DNA from: a virus
Lineage: Duplodnaviria; Caudoviricetes
IMG/VR virus record: IMGVR_UViG_3300033075_001508
Span: 31,914-95,913 of that record
Strand: one strand, 5' to 3'
Length of the DNA: 64,000 bases
In this document: positions 18,294 to 27,198 of the stretch, piece by piece
Layout: each line of letters begins with the position of its first letter
Numbering within the stretch: position 1 is the first letter of the stretch
Notes under the pieces: model-generated
The model's database searches: none
What the model was told of the DNA's origin: nothing
Seen by the model: the letters and a program-made list of their open reading frames with translations, nothing else
Program-made: the position numbers and the translations under genes

Positions 18294-19103
18294 GTGGCCG
18301 GTAAGAAATGGACAGATGACGAGGTTCAGTTTGTAAAAGACAATTACCTGAACATGTCGTGCGAAGAGATGGCGAACCAATTGCCTGGACGAACAAAAAG
18401 GGCGGTTCAGCACCTGTTCGGACAGCTTGGATTAGAGCGACCCATTCTTGGAGTCGGCGACAAGCATGGCAGGCTTACCATCACAAACACGTTTTACAAG
18501 AACATCGGAAGCCAGAACATACTAATGGCCAATGTGACTTGCGATTGCGGCACACAAAAGGTTGTTAAAGTAGCATCCATGAAACCTGGATTGACGGTAT
18601 CATGTGGATGCTGGAAGAGCGAGCAGGCAAGACGTACCGTTACAGCAAAGAATCTGTCTCACGGAATGAGCAGCCACCCGCTGTACAAAATTTTCAATGG
18701 CATGAAAGCTAGGTGCCTTTACCCTTCCATGCGTCAGTTTAAGAACTATGGTGGACGAGGAATCTCTGTTTGCGAGACATGGAGCAGCGATTACAAGGCG
18801 TTTTATGACTGGGCCGTTCAAAACGGGTGGCAGCCCGGCTTAACTATCGAGCGAAAAGATGTAAACGGCAATTACTGCCCAGAGAACTGCTGTTGGGTAC
18901 CAAGAAGTAAACAGAACGAGAACAAGACCAACAACAGGCTTCTTTCGGCATTTGGAGAGACAAAAGCGGCTGTTTTATGGAGCCAGGACCCGAGGTGTAA
19001 GGCAAGAGATGGAGGTCAGATTCTTGAGAGGGTAGACAAACTGGGGTGGACAGCCGAAGAAGCCATTTCCACCCCGCCTGCTGTTATAGGTATTCGCACG
19101 TAA
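18294..19103 (+). CDS. HNH-type homing endonuclease with Myb-like N-terminus
   Basis: KWTDDE..F...LPGRT, CDCG, SCGC, YGGRGI and TIERKDVNGNYCPENC motifs. Confidence 0.85.
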   Translation: MAGKKWTDDEVQFVKDNYLNMSCEEMANQLPGRTKRAVQHLFGQLGLERPILGVGDKHGRLTITNTFYKNIGSQNILMANVTCDCGTQKVVKVASMKPGLTVSCGCWKSEQARRTVTAKNLSHGMSSHPLYKIFNGMKARCLYPSMRQFKNYGGRGISVCETWSSDYKAFYDWAVQNGWQPGLTIERKDVNGNYCPENCCWVPRSKQNENKTNNRLLSAFGETKAAVLWSQDPRCKARDGGQILERVDKLGWTAEEAISTPPAVIGIRT

Positions 19104-19731
19104 AATAGAGTCCAAATTGCGTCTTGGACCCAATCGTGTCCGGCGAAGGCGAGATGACAATATAGTGGTCGTGCCGTCTGTCCGACCATCCGCCATCATT
19201 ACCGTTTCCTGCATAGAGACCGCTGATGCCAGGACTGGGGCAAAGGTCGAGGTAGTTGCTCCCGGTCGATGCTGGCGTTACCGTGGTCCAGGTCGTGTCT
19301 CCGGAGCCCGTGTTGTCCTGGGTCGTTCCGGGATGGATAACCTCGGCAATCTTACAGGTCACGCCCGAAGCCGGATTGGCGCTGCTGGAGCGGTCGTAAA
19401 TGTAGATGCGACTATTTTGCAATTGAAAAGATGATGCGTCATCCGATTCAACCCGGATGTTGAGGGTTGCCTTGTAGTTCGGGATGCAGGTCAGGGCGAT
19501 TCCCGTGCCGGCCTGGCCCAGGATTCCCGACCCTAGGTTTAGGTACTTGACGTTGTCGACCTCCGGACCCTCGGTCGTGCCCGCGCCGTTGGTGATGAAC
19601 GTCCTGCCTTGGTAATCGCCGACGCGTACCGAGCGGCCGAAGCCGTCAGAGTGAAAGAACCCAAGTCCAGACCCAGAAAGGTCTTGGATTTGGAAGTCTT
19701 CGCCCGCGAAAAAAGATACATCAACTGCCAT
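19084..19731 (-). CDS. Putative virion structural protein
   Basis: 215-aa G/S/T-rich ORF at the end of the tail block, preceded by the CGGTGTAT motif. Confidence 0.6.
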   Translation of the reverse strand: MAVDVSFFAGEDFQIQDLSGSGLGFFHSDGFGRSVRVGDYQGRTFITNGAGTTEGPEVDNVKYLNLGSGILGQAGTGIALTCIPNYKATLNIRVESDDASSFQLQNSRIYIYDRSSSANPASGVTCKIAEVIHPGTTQDNTGSGDTTWTTVTPASTGSNYLDLCPSPGISGLYAGNGNDGGWSDRRHDHYIVISPSPDTIGSKTQFGLYFTCEYL

Positions 19732-19768
19732 GGTTGGTTATTTCCTTTTGGATAAGTGTCAGTATTGA

Positions 19769-19776
19769 ATACACCG
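19769..19776 (-). promoter_or_regulatory. CGGTGTAT candidate late promoter
   Basis: ATACACCG on the + strand, 38 nt upstream of the 19731 start. Confidence 0.6.
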
Positions 19777-19783
19777 AAGCCTA

Positions 19784-19811
19784 TTGACAGGACAGACTTG
19801 CGAGTTAAAAT
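19784..19811 (+). promoter_or_regulatory. Sigma70-type promoter
   Basis: TTGACA-16 nt-TAAAAT upstream of ATG 19847. Confidence 0.65.
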
Positions 19812-19846
19812 GTGTTGGTGGAGAAAACCTGTTTGGGAGAACAGAC

Positions 19847-20380
19847 ATGTTCCTAAAAATGCTCGTCGTCGTCATGCTTGTGGGGACTGTGACAAACACA
19901 TCAACTGCGCAAGCTAGAAAAATCTCTGGCAAACGTGGGGAGTCGTACGGATTTCACGACCTAGCCATCAAAGACATCAAGGCCACGATGGATGGAAGCA
20001 AATTGACGATGGATGTCACCTTTGATTTCTCTAAGTGGCCATCGAAAGACGATGAGTACCGAACATCTTGGGACCTTTATCCGCCGACTACCAAGTCTAT
20101 TCAAGTCGCACTTTACGACGAGAATGGGCAATACCTGAGTGCCTTTCGAACCAAGTCCTCTTTTTCTCCGCATCCAGCGGCTATCAAGTTTCTGAGAAAC
20201 CGAAAGTACCGCCCGATGACAAGCGCCTACTGGATTCCCATGGTGTCTCGATTTGTTTTCGATATAAGTAAGCGGGACGCAGAATACGTCAGCGAAGCCC
20301 GTATAGTGTTCGGCTTTCCTAGCGACTACCTTTCTGCGGAGATTTACGATATCGAAAGCGTTGTGTTAAGACGCCCGTAA
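19847..20380 (+). CDS. Secreted/periplasmic protein (moron-like, antisense to the tail genes)
   Basis: Signal peptide MFLKMLVVVMLVGTVTNTSTAQA; GGGAG RBS; own promoter. Confidence 0.7.
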   Translation: MFLKMLVVVMLVGTVTNTSTAQARKISGKRGESYGFHDLAIKDIKATMDGSKLTMDVTFDFSKWPSKDDEYRTSWDLYPPTTKSIQVALYDENGQYLSAFRTKSSFSPHPAAIKFLRNRKYRPMTSAYWIPMVSRFVFDISKRDAEYVSEARIVFGFPSDYLSAEIYDIESVVLRRP

Positions 20381-20689
20381 TCACCACTTGCTCGCTGGAC
20401 ACTTCTGAGTTGCCCAGCGAGCCTTTATTTTCAGGTTGCAGCCACAAAGTTTACATGCGTCCCCGTTCAGGTTCGGACACTCGCCGCAAATACGCATCCG
20501 CTCTTCGAACACTTCATCTGAAACCTTGGCGAATCCGCTGGCGGCGTGGCTAACAACAGCTTTGCCAAATGATATCGCCTTAGTAAGCAGGGAAGGCTTC
20601 ATACCCCATAACTTTTGATACCTTGGGTCGTTTTGGGCCAACCAACATTTCCTACATCCGTCTATTGGAGGATTGTGTCCGCACCACAT
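20381..20689 (-). CDS. Cys-rich small protein
   Basis: R..IC..C...C..CGC....K......CP..KW pattern. Confidence 0.7.
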   Translation of the reverse strand: MWCGHNPPIDGCRKCWLAQNDPRYQKLWGMKPSLLTKAISFGKAVVSHAASGFAKVSDEVFEERMRICGECPNLNGDACKLCGCNLKIKARWATQKCPASKW

Positions 20690-20695
20690 TTTTGT

Positions 20696-21088
20696 TTATT
20701 CCGTAATAGAAATATCCACTGTAGCAGCAGAGCCGCAACATGCTGTGTCCAGAATAAATGCGCCTGTACCGACATCAAGAGGGTCACAACTTCCTCCGCT
20801 AAGAGGGAGCCCTCCCATAGTTGAATGGCAATTGCTAAGCGAAAGCATAAAGGTGTTTGGTGTACCTTCAGCGCACCAGAATTCTACATCTAAGACTCCA
20901 GCGGACAGAATAACTGAGCCGAGCCATTTCTGAGAGCTAGAGTCCCAGATAAGACTCCCTGTACCATCACATCCACCTCCAGACAAGGTTATGTATAAGG
21001 TGGTAGGCAAGGTGTTTGCGCAACAAGCGACTGTCGCTTCGCTCCCGCAGCAACTACAATCCGCATAGGTTACGATGGTCATTACCAT
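20696..21088 (-). CDS. Cys-rich putative tail-tip protein
   Basis: CSCCG...CC...LP.TL; overlaps the end of the large tail gene. Confidence 0.6.
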   Translation of the reverse strand: MVMTIVTYADCSCCGSEATVACCANTLPTTLYITLSGGGCDGTGSLIWDSSSQKWLGSVILSAGVLDVEFWCAEGTPNTFMLSLSNCHSTMGGLPLSGGSCDPLDVGTGAFILDTACCGSAATVDISITE

Positions 21089-24000
21089 TCACCTATAAGA
21101 AGGCCACGGTCGAACGTCATTTGCCTGTATGTCACTTCAAGTCCGCCTGTTCCGCAAGTTACATTGCTCACATATTCGATAGTCTGGGATATGCCACCGG
21201 AGCCCATACCCCAGGCAAGGTACACGTTATTAGCGTCATAGGAGTCAACAACCAACACCTGTCCTGTTGCGAACGGATTGCCGCTTGGCAGGAAGATGTG
21301 GACGTTTGTGTCGCGTCTACGCGTCTTCAGATAGGTTCGCGAAGACCCACCTTCTCCTGCTAACGCCACAAACCCGTCTGTTGCCGTGTCGCCAAGATAT
21401 ACGCCGGTAATCGTGGGCGTAGCAGACCAGACATTGCTGCCTCCGCTCTTATGAAGCACAGTGTTGTTTAGGCCGGCAGGCAGGTTGTATTCCGGATGCA
21501 AGTCGCCAGCGACAAACACCGGGTGTTCGTGAGAGTGGTCCGACCTGGCAAACGACTCTTCCACTCCGTCGTCGTTGACAGCGCCGATACTTTGAATGCT
21601 GGTGCCCCACACCGCCTCAACGGTCCGAGGGCCATCGCCATTAACATCGAATTCCGCGCCGAACGTGTAGATGTACTCTGGGTGCAAATTGCCGCTGTCG
21701 AAGACCGGATGTTCGTGAACATGGTCCACTCGTGCGAAATACTCTCCGCTTCCCTCGTCGTTCGCCCAACCAACCGGCAAAATACCTGTGCCCCACTCGG
21801 CCGAGATATGAAAATTACCATCGGTCTCATCAACCGTGAACTCTGGAGAATCGAACGTATAGGTAGCCCCACTGCCACTTGAGGACCCGCCAGAATCTGG
21901 GATTATCACATACCATTTTCGGTCATGCGCGACAAACAGTCCCATGAGCCGCTGCCCGCTTACAACAGGATTTGTCCATGTGTAAACAAGCTGCTCTTTT
22001 ACAGTATGTTCGGTGTTGTCAGGCTTGCGAAACTTGACTTCGACATATCCAGACCCACCGATAGGGATGTATCCCGTTGCTTCGCAACGAATGATATCGT
22101 GAACGGTCCAGACGCCTCGCTCGCGGTCAAAAAGCATATCGACCGGACCTGCTTTCCACCAGTCAGAGCGGTTCAAGTAGCCGCTTGCAAACCCCCCGTC
22201 CTGCTCGATGAGAGTATTGCCGTCTGTCAGATTCGGGACAGGACCGCCATCGGTGTCATACCCCCAACCAACCAATACGAGCGGACCACGAAGACCAAGA
22301 GCTTTGACGCCCTTTGTGCTGATATCCGGCGTTCGCCGATGTGCATTGAGTCCTTCGTAAGTTTCGCCCCAGGAGTAAATGTCGATGTCGTTTTGCCGCT
22401 TCCATGGGTCAAGTTGCTTTTGACTGAATCCTGTAACGCCGGTTATTTCCGGAAGAGGTGTAACGTAACCTGGAAGAAGGTAGGCGAGCGACGGTTTGGT
22501 AGCGAACGGACGAACCAATCCAGCCATACTCATAACAGCGCCGGATTTGTAATTGGTCTCCGAGTCCGCCTTCATAAATGGGACAGCTTCGATATACGTG
22601 GACGTGGAAGCGCCGACACGGACCCCGCTTGTGTAGGGGTCCATCACGTTTCTCGCAATCAACACCTCATGGGGAGTGTGCGGGTCCATCGCAGGCGGGG
22701 CACCACCCATGAATCGTCTGGCGTTTACCGCCCTCGCTATCGCGATGTTTGTTACTTCCGCCTCTCTTGAGGACGCGCGTAGTGCCCGGCGAAGCTCGTT
22801 GGTAGTTTGGCCCAGCTTCTTCATGCGTTCGGCCTGGCCCTTACTAAACACGCCGAAACGAGGCGTATAGGTGGCGAACTGGTAGCTGGTTGTGACCCCT
22901 TGTGTACCAAACGACACTTGCATATTGGTCACGTTTGGTCCGCCGCTTTGCATGGTGTCGCCAAGCGAATATAGCGGAGCGCCGGCAAGCTCAAGAGAGC
23001 CAACTTCTCCTACTTGCATGTTGGTGACAGATTGAATCACACGAGCGGTGCCCACCTGGTCCATGATGGAATAGCCGCCGTATTCCCACGGCACCAGGGT
23101 TGGGTCGACCTCAAAACGAACCTTCCCTACTGCTCCCTGCGCATACCACGGACCGTAGGTCAGGATGTTGGAGCGAAGGGGGACTGCCGCGCCAGAGGGA
23201 TTGCGTTGAGCAGGAAAGACTCGCGCCATGGTCGAGCCGAAAGGTCGCCTATCTTCGAAAAATGCTCTAGCTTCAGCTGGAGTTCTCAATAGGACGCCAG
23301 CAATCACATCTACGCTGCCCAGAACATCAACTGGCCGGTCAAACAGCCCTTCTGGCACCGTAATCACAACGGCTGGCGAGGGAACAAATACCAGATTGGG
23401 GTCGACCTGAACGGCCTGATAAAGGACACCGTCTTCAACAACGCTGTCGTTTGGGCTGATATTGGCGAGGTCTGCTCCGGTCAGATTACTGAAGGTGACA
23501 AACGCCCGAAACGTGCCGTCCTGGTTCTTAAATGTGTCTTCGTTGAACGTGGACAGACCAAGAGGGGTCGAGCCTTCAGGAAGATAGCCGCCATCGGCGA
23601 CGTCATAGCTGGTGGAAACGACAAGAGTTTCCGGGTCCTGCTTATGAAGAACGAACGGGACGCTCGCCACATACTTCTTGCCAAGGTAGGTCTGGGCAAT
23701 CGCGCGAACGAACTCGTAAACGGTTTGTTGTCTTGCAAAGACTTCGCCAGACACAAACGCGGCACCAACCAATTCAGCTAGAAGCGGAGCATCTCCTACC
23801 AGGTCTGGCGGAAACATCAACGCATCCCCCACTAACGGATTGATGAGCGGGCTGTACAAGTTCAAGGCGGTGGCGATATCTGGCCGATGATGCCACAAAA
23901 AAGCAGACCAGCTTTGAAAGTCGATGAGCGCAAGCCGCATTTCCAAAGTGGAACAAGTGTAGCTCACTGTGCCAATCAGGTCCGCAATCTTGCTCGAATT

Positions 24001-25179
24001 CAGATTGGCGTATTCTGTTGGCGTGCTACCCCAACAATAAACAGCTTGAGCTAAATTTGCGTGAGCTTGTGCTGTTGACCCGAACGCTCCACGCTCACAT
24101 TTGTACTTGTATACAACGCCCACAGTCCCAAGAAACTGCGTGCATTTGATGATTTCCGAGCCGATACGAACATAAAACGGAATGGCGGATGGCCAACCTG
24201 TTGCCGCAGCTGGCCAGGTAAAGTTTGCTAGCCAAAGCTCCGTGTCTGTCGCCGTGTGGTCGCCGTACAAGCTGGCCAAATATCTGGAGTCGACAAAGTC
24301 GAAGCGTCCCGAGGTGCCAAGAATCGGATTGCCAGCAACATCATATCCCCAGAACGAAGTTAGACTGGTCGTTTGGTGGAGAGTCGAGACCTGACCACCA
24401 ACCAGGAACGCCGAGGTCGTCTCGTTACGAAGCTCAAGACCGTTGTGGCTACGAACAACAGTTCCGCCCCAGTTCGTGTTGGCGATGGCCGAGATGGTGC
24501 CGAGTGGAGGCTGGTTCGCTCTGCTTACCGTGCGAATCCTGATGGTGGTTCCCACCAACTCCACGAAGAAGTCGCAGCCGCCATCATCGCAGATTTGGGA
24601 AAGAAGGTCGAGCAAACCAATGGACGCGCCGCCGCCCACGCGATAGTACGCAGGAGGATTAGGGACTTGACTCAGGTCGATGGCGTACTTGACGCCACGG
24701 AACGTAATGGGGCCGCCGTATGTCGTGTAAGTTGGTTGATTGACAACCGCTTTGATTGCATCGCGAACCCGAGCCCAAGTCATGCCCGAATTGTTCGCTC
24801 CCGAATTGCCGTAGCCCGTATTCTCCCAATAGCCGTAGGCGTTGACGACGTTCTGAACTTCAGCCACCGAACCGGAATACTGACCGATGACGACCTGGAT
24901 GCCTTCCAGAAGCTCGCGGGGGTCGACAACCACGGCTTCATACGTGGGCAGACCCTGTGTCTCGTTTTTCTTTTCCCACTTCTGGAGCAAGCCAGAAAAG
25001 CGAAAGCTGCCGAACGTGAAATGTACGGGCGTGCCAACATCCGGAGGACTAAAGGTGTCTCCGTTGGCCGCGTCTTCGACTAATTGTACAGAGAGGGAGC
25101 TTTGGTTTGCGTTCCATCCGATGGATGTGTTGAATCCACGGACGGACGCGCCCAGAAAACTAACCCGGGTGAACGCCAC
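21082..25179 (-). CDS. Large tail-tip/central fibre protein (1365 aa)
   Basis: Located downstream of the tape measure; contains ARxDHxH fibre-type repeats and an IGSEII...RG.FGS.A..H segment. Confidence 0.75.
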   Translation of the reverse strand: MAFTRVSFLGASVRGFNTSIGWNANQSSLSVQLVEDAANGDTFSPPDVGTPVHFTFGSFRFSGLLQKWEKKNETQGLPTYEAVVVDPRELLEGIQVVIGQYSGSVAEVQNVVNAYGYWENTGYGNSGANNSGMTWARVRDAIKAVVNQPTYTTYGGPITFRGVKYAIDLSQVPNPPAYYRVGGGASIGLLDLLSQICDDGGCDFFVELVGTTIRIRTVSRANQPPLGTISAIANTNWGGTVVRSHNGLELRNETTSAFLVGGQVSTLHQTTSLTSFWGYDVAGNPILGTSGRFDFVDSRYLASLYGDHTATDTELWLANFTWPAAATGWPSAIPFYVRIGSEIIKCTQFLGTVGVVYKYKCERGAFGSTAQAHANLAQAVYCWGSTPTEYANLNSSKIADLIGTVSYTCSTLEMRLALIDFQSWSAFLWHHRPDIATALNLYSPLINPLVGDALMFPPDLVGDAPLLAELVGAAFVSGEVFARQQTVYEFVRAIAQTYLGKKYVASVPFVLHKQDPETLVVSTSYDVADGGYLPEGSTPLGLSTFNEDTFKNQDGTFRAFVTFSNLTGADLANISPNDSVVEDGVLYQAVQVDPNLVFVPSPAVVITVPEGLFDRPVDVLGSVDVIAGVLLRTPAEARAFFEDRRPFGSTMARVFPAQRNPSGAAVPLRSNILTYGPWYAQGAVGKVRFEVDPTLVPWEYGGYSIMDQVGTARVIQSVTNMQVGEVGSLELAGAPLYSLGDTMQSGGPNVTNMQVSFGTQGVTTSYQFATYTPRFGVFSKGQAERMKKLGQTTNELRRALRASSREAEVTNIAIARAVNARRFMGGAPPAMDPHTPHEVLIARNVMDPYTSGVRVGASTSTYIEAVPFMKADSETNYKSGAVMSMAGLVRPFATKPSLAYLLPGYVTPLPEITGVTGFSQKQLDPWKRQNDIDIYSWGETYEGLNAHRRTPDISTKGVKALGLRGPLVLVGWGYDTDGGPVPNLTDGNTLIEQDGGFASGYLNRSDWWKAGPVDMLFDRERGVWTVHDIIRCEATGYIPIGGSGYVEVKFRKPDNTEHTVKEQLVYTWTNPVVSGQRLMGLFVAHDRKWYVIIPDSGGSSSGSGATYTFDSPEFTVDETDGNFHISAEWGTGILPVGWANDEGSGEYFARVDHVHEHPVFDSGNLHPEYIYTFGAEFDVNGDGPRTVEAVWGTSIQSIGAVNDDGVEESFARSDHSHEHPVFVAGDLHPEYNLPAGLNNTVLHKSGGSNVWSATPTITGVYLGDTATDGFVALAGEGGSSRTYLKTRRRDTNVHIFLPSGNPFATGQVLVVDSYDANNVYLAWGMGSGGISQTIEYVSNVTCGTGGLEVTYRQMTFDRGLLIGEW
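21488..21885 (-). repeat. Two tandem ~63-aa repeats in the tail protein
   Basis: YTF..EF.V...WGT.I...ND.G..E.FAR.DH.HEHPVF..G.LHPEY occurs twice. Confidence 0.85.
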
Positions 25180-25192
25180 TTGTCCTTATCCT

Positions 25193-26608
25193 TTACTGCC
25201 AGGTGTATGCGGTGGTCCTAGAATACCGTCCTGAATGAGTGGACCAAGACTCCTCGTCTTGCTCCAAGAAAACCTGCGTGCCGACTGGAATCAGGCTTAA
25301 CACAACTGCGTCGGTGTCGGGTGCCGAAGGCGTGTAGCTCTGAGTTTTCGCACGCATCACCACTTCGATTTGAATGGTTCGCTTCTTTGTCGATACTGTT
25401 CCGATGTCTTGCAAAACAGGGCCGGCCGCGCGACCCAGAACCGGAATTGCCGCAAAGATGTCCGTTGCGTGATGATTAACCACGGTGATGCTTTCGCTGA
25501 TAGCACCAACGGTGTCAGTGTTTGCTCGGTCGTCGTATTCGTACTGATACGAAATTGTGCCAGCCTTCTCGTTTTTCCCGATAGATGTGTTGACCGGCTG
25601 AGTGTGTAGTGTCACTCCGCTTATCGTTGTGGCCCTGGAGTACAACTCAGGCTGTACGTAGGTTGTCCACTTGGCGGCAGCGTTTGTGTACCGACTACTT
25701 GTCAGAGTCCTGGTACTGGTGTTACGAACCTCAAGGCCAGTGATGGTGCCCTCAATACTTACGGTTGTTCGTCCTTCTTGATTAGTGCGAACATTGACCG
25801 TATATTCATCGAGAGCAGGAGACTCATCGCCAGGGTCGTAACAAAGCCAGGTTTCGGTAACTTGATAGGTGCCACCAAGTTCGTTCACGTTCTCCGTGCG
25901 AACATAATTAAAGGCTTGAAGGCTGTCGTTGTCTAACACATCCTCAGCAACCATTCGAGCGTTGGAGATTCCCAAACCTAGCACGTTTAGAACATACAGA
26001 CGGGCCTGCTCCCACGCTTCTCGTTCAAGCTCGTTTTCTTCGGTATAGAATCGTTTGCCGGTAGCCGAAACGGAATGGGTCAGCCGCCAGGTGTTGTGCT
26101 TCTCGTCAGCCTGTTCGATGTTCCATTCTTCGTTTGCCTTGGAAATCTTGTAGGTGTCGAGGTTGCCGGTCTCCTCGAAAGGGTACATCTTGTCGGCTTC
26201 AAGGGTGATGATGTAATCGCACTTATCGACCCAACTCACCCTGCCCTGCCCGCCTTCCGGAAACTCAATTCTCTTGACGCGAGGGTTGCATTTCATTGGC
26301 GTGGAGCCGCCAACAGACTGGATTTCTAGCGTCAACCCTTCATTCTTAAACAGGCTACGAATAGCTTCCTGCTTACGAAGAATGGCTGCAAGCTTGTCAT
26401 CCGCAGAAATCGTCTCGTCCGGAGGGTAGTCCGAGAGCGCCCAGAAGGTTCCGTCCGTTTTTGGAGAACCTCTATCCGCGATTATCGTGCCCTTGAGAGT
26501 GATAACGAAGATGGTCCCGATAATCTTGCCGTCGTCGGTTGTTTGGTATTCTTTGGTGATGGAGACGAACGGGGCTGGGATGAGCTTCTTGTTGTCGTAT
26601 ATGACCAT
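25193..26608 (-). CDS. Tail protein (distal tail/baseplate-like)
   Basis: 471-aa beta-rich ORF between the tape measure and the tip protein. Confidence 0.65.
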   Translation of the reverse strand: MVIYDNKKLIPAPFVSITKEYQTTDDGKIIGTIFVITLKGTIIADRGSPKTDGTFWALSDYPPDETISADDKLAAILRKQEAIRSLFKNEGLTLEIQSVGGSTPMKCNPRVKRIEFPEGGQGRVSWVDKCDYIITLEADKMYPFEETGNLDTYKISKANEEWNIEQADEKHNTWRLTHSVSATGKRFYTEENELEREAWEQARLYVLNVLGLGISNARMVAEDVLDNDSLQAFNYVRTENVNELGGTYQVTETWLCYDPGDESPALDEYTVNVRTNQEGRTTVSIEGTITGLEVRNTSTRTLTSSRYTNAAAKWTTYVQPELYSRATTISGVTLHTQPVNTSIGKNEKAGTISYQYEYDDRANTDTVGAISESITVVNHHATDIFAAIPVLGRAAGPVLQDIGTVSTKKRTIQIEVVMRAKTQSYTPSAPDTDAVVLSLIPVGTQVFLEQDEESWSTHSGRYSRTTAYTWQ

Positions 26609-27174
26609 CAGATTCCGTGGGTGTATAAGCGTACCGAATCGTCTACAAACCCAACAGCGTCCGGAATGACGAACGGAATTGTGCCAGAAGTGGGTGCCGC
26701 ACCATGGACGAACAAATTAGTCGATAGGTTTCCAGTGGTGCCGGGTCCGCAAATGTAAAGCGGACAAGCCGCAGCTGGATTACGGCGCAAGAACAAATTC
26801 ATGCCGCGAGATACGGGTATACACCCTTCAGTTGTGCCAGAACCTTCGATAAATAGCGTGGCCGACTGGGTTGCCCCAGACTGCTCATTCCACACCACTA
26901 GGTCCATTCCAAGAGAGACGGGATTGCCACAGCCCTCCACGAACAGATTCATCCCTCTTTCGAGGTCGTCGGATGTTGGACCTAAAACTGTGAGCGGCAG
27001 GACGCCACTGAAGATGTTTCCCTCTCCGCTCGCGCATTGAACAAACAAATCGACGCCGCCAGTGAGTCCACTGTTACTGACGCCATGAACAACCAGGTCG
27101 ACTCCACCGTTTAATTCGGATGGCTCGTCAACCTGGATGAATAACACGAATCCTTTATTTAGTGCTGTGGGCAT
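26608..27174 (-). CDS. Putative tail protein with short beta repeats
   Basis: Repeated (G)xxL(F/V)(V/I)xG units. Confidence 0.6.
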   Translation of the reverse strand: MPTALNKGFVLFIQVDEPSELNGGVDLVVHGVSNSGLTGGVDLFVQCASGEGNIFSGVLPLTVLGPTSDDLERGMNLFVEGCGNPVSLGMDLVVWNEQSGATQSATLFIEGSGTTEGCIPVSRGMNLFLRRNPAAACPLYICGPGTTGNLSTNLFVHGAAPTSGTIPFVIPDAVGFVDDSVRLYTHGI

Positions 27175-27190
27175 AAGTCCTCAACAAACA

Positions 27191-27198
27191 ATACACCG
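27191..27198 (-). promoter_or_regulatory. CGGTGTAT candidate late promoter
   Basis: Directly after the tape measure stop and 17 nt upstream of the next start. Confidence 0.6.
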
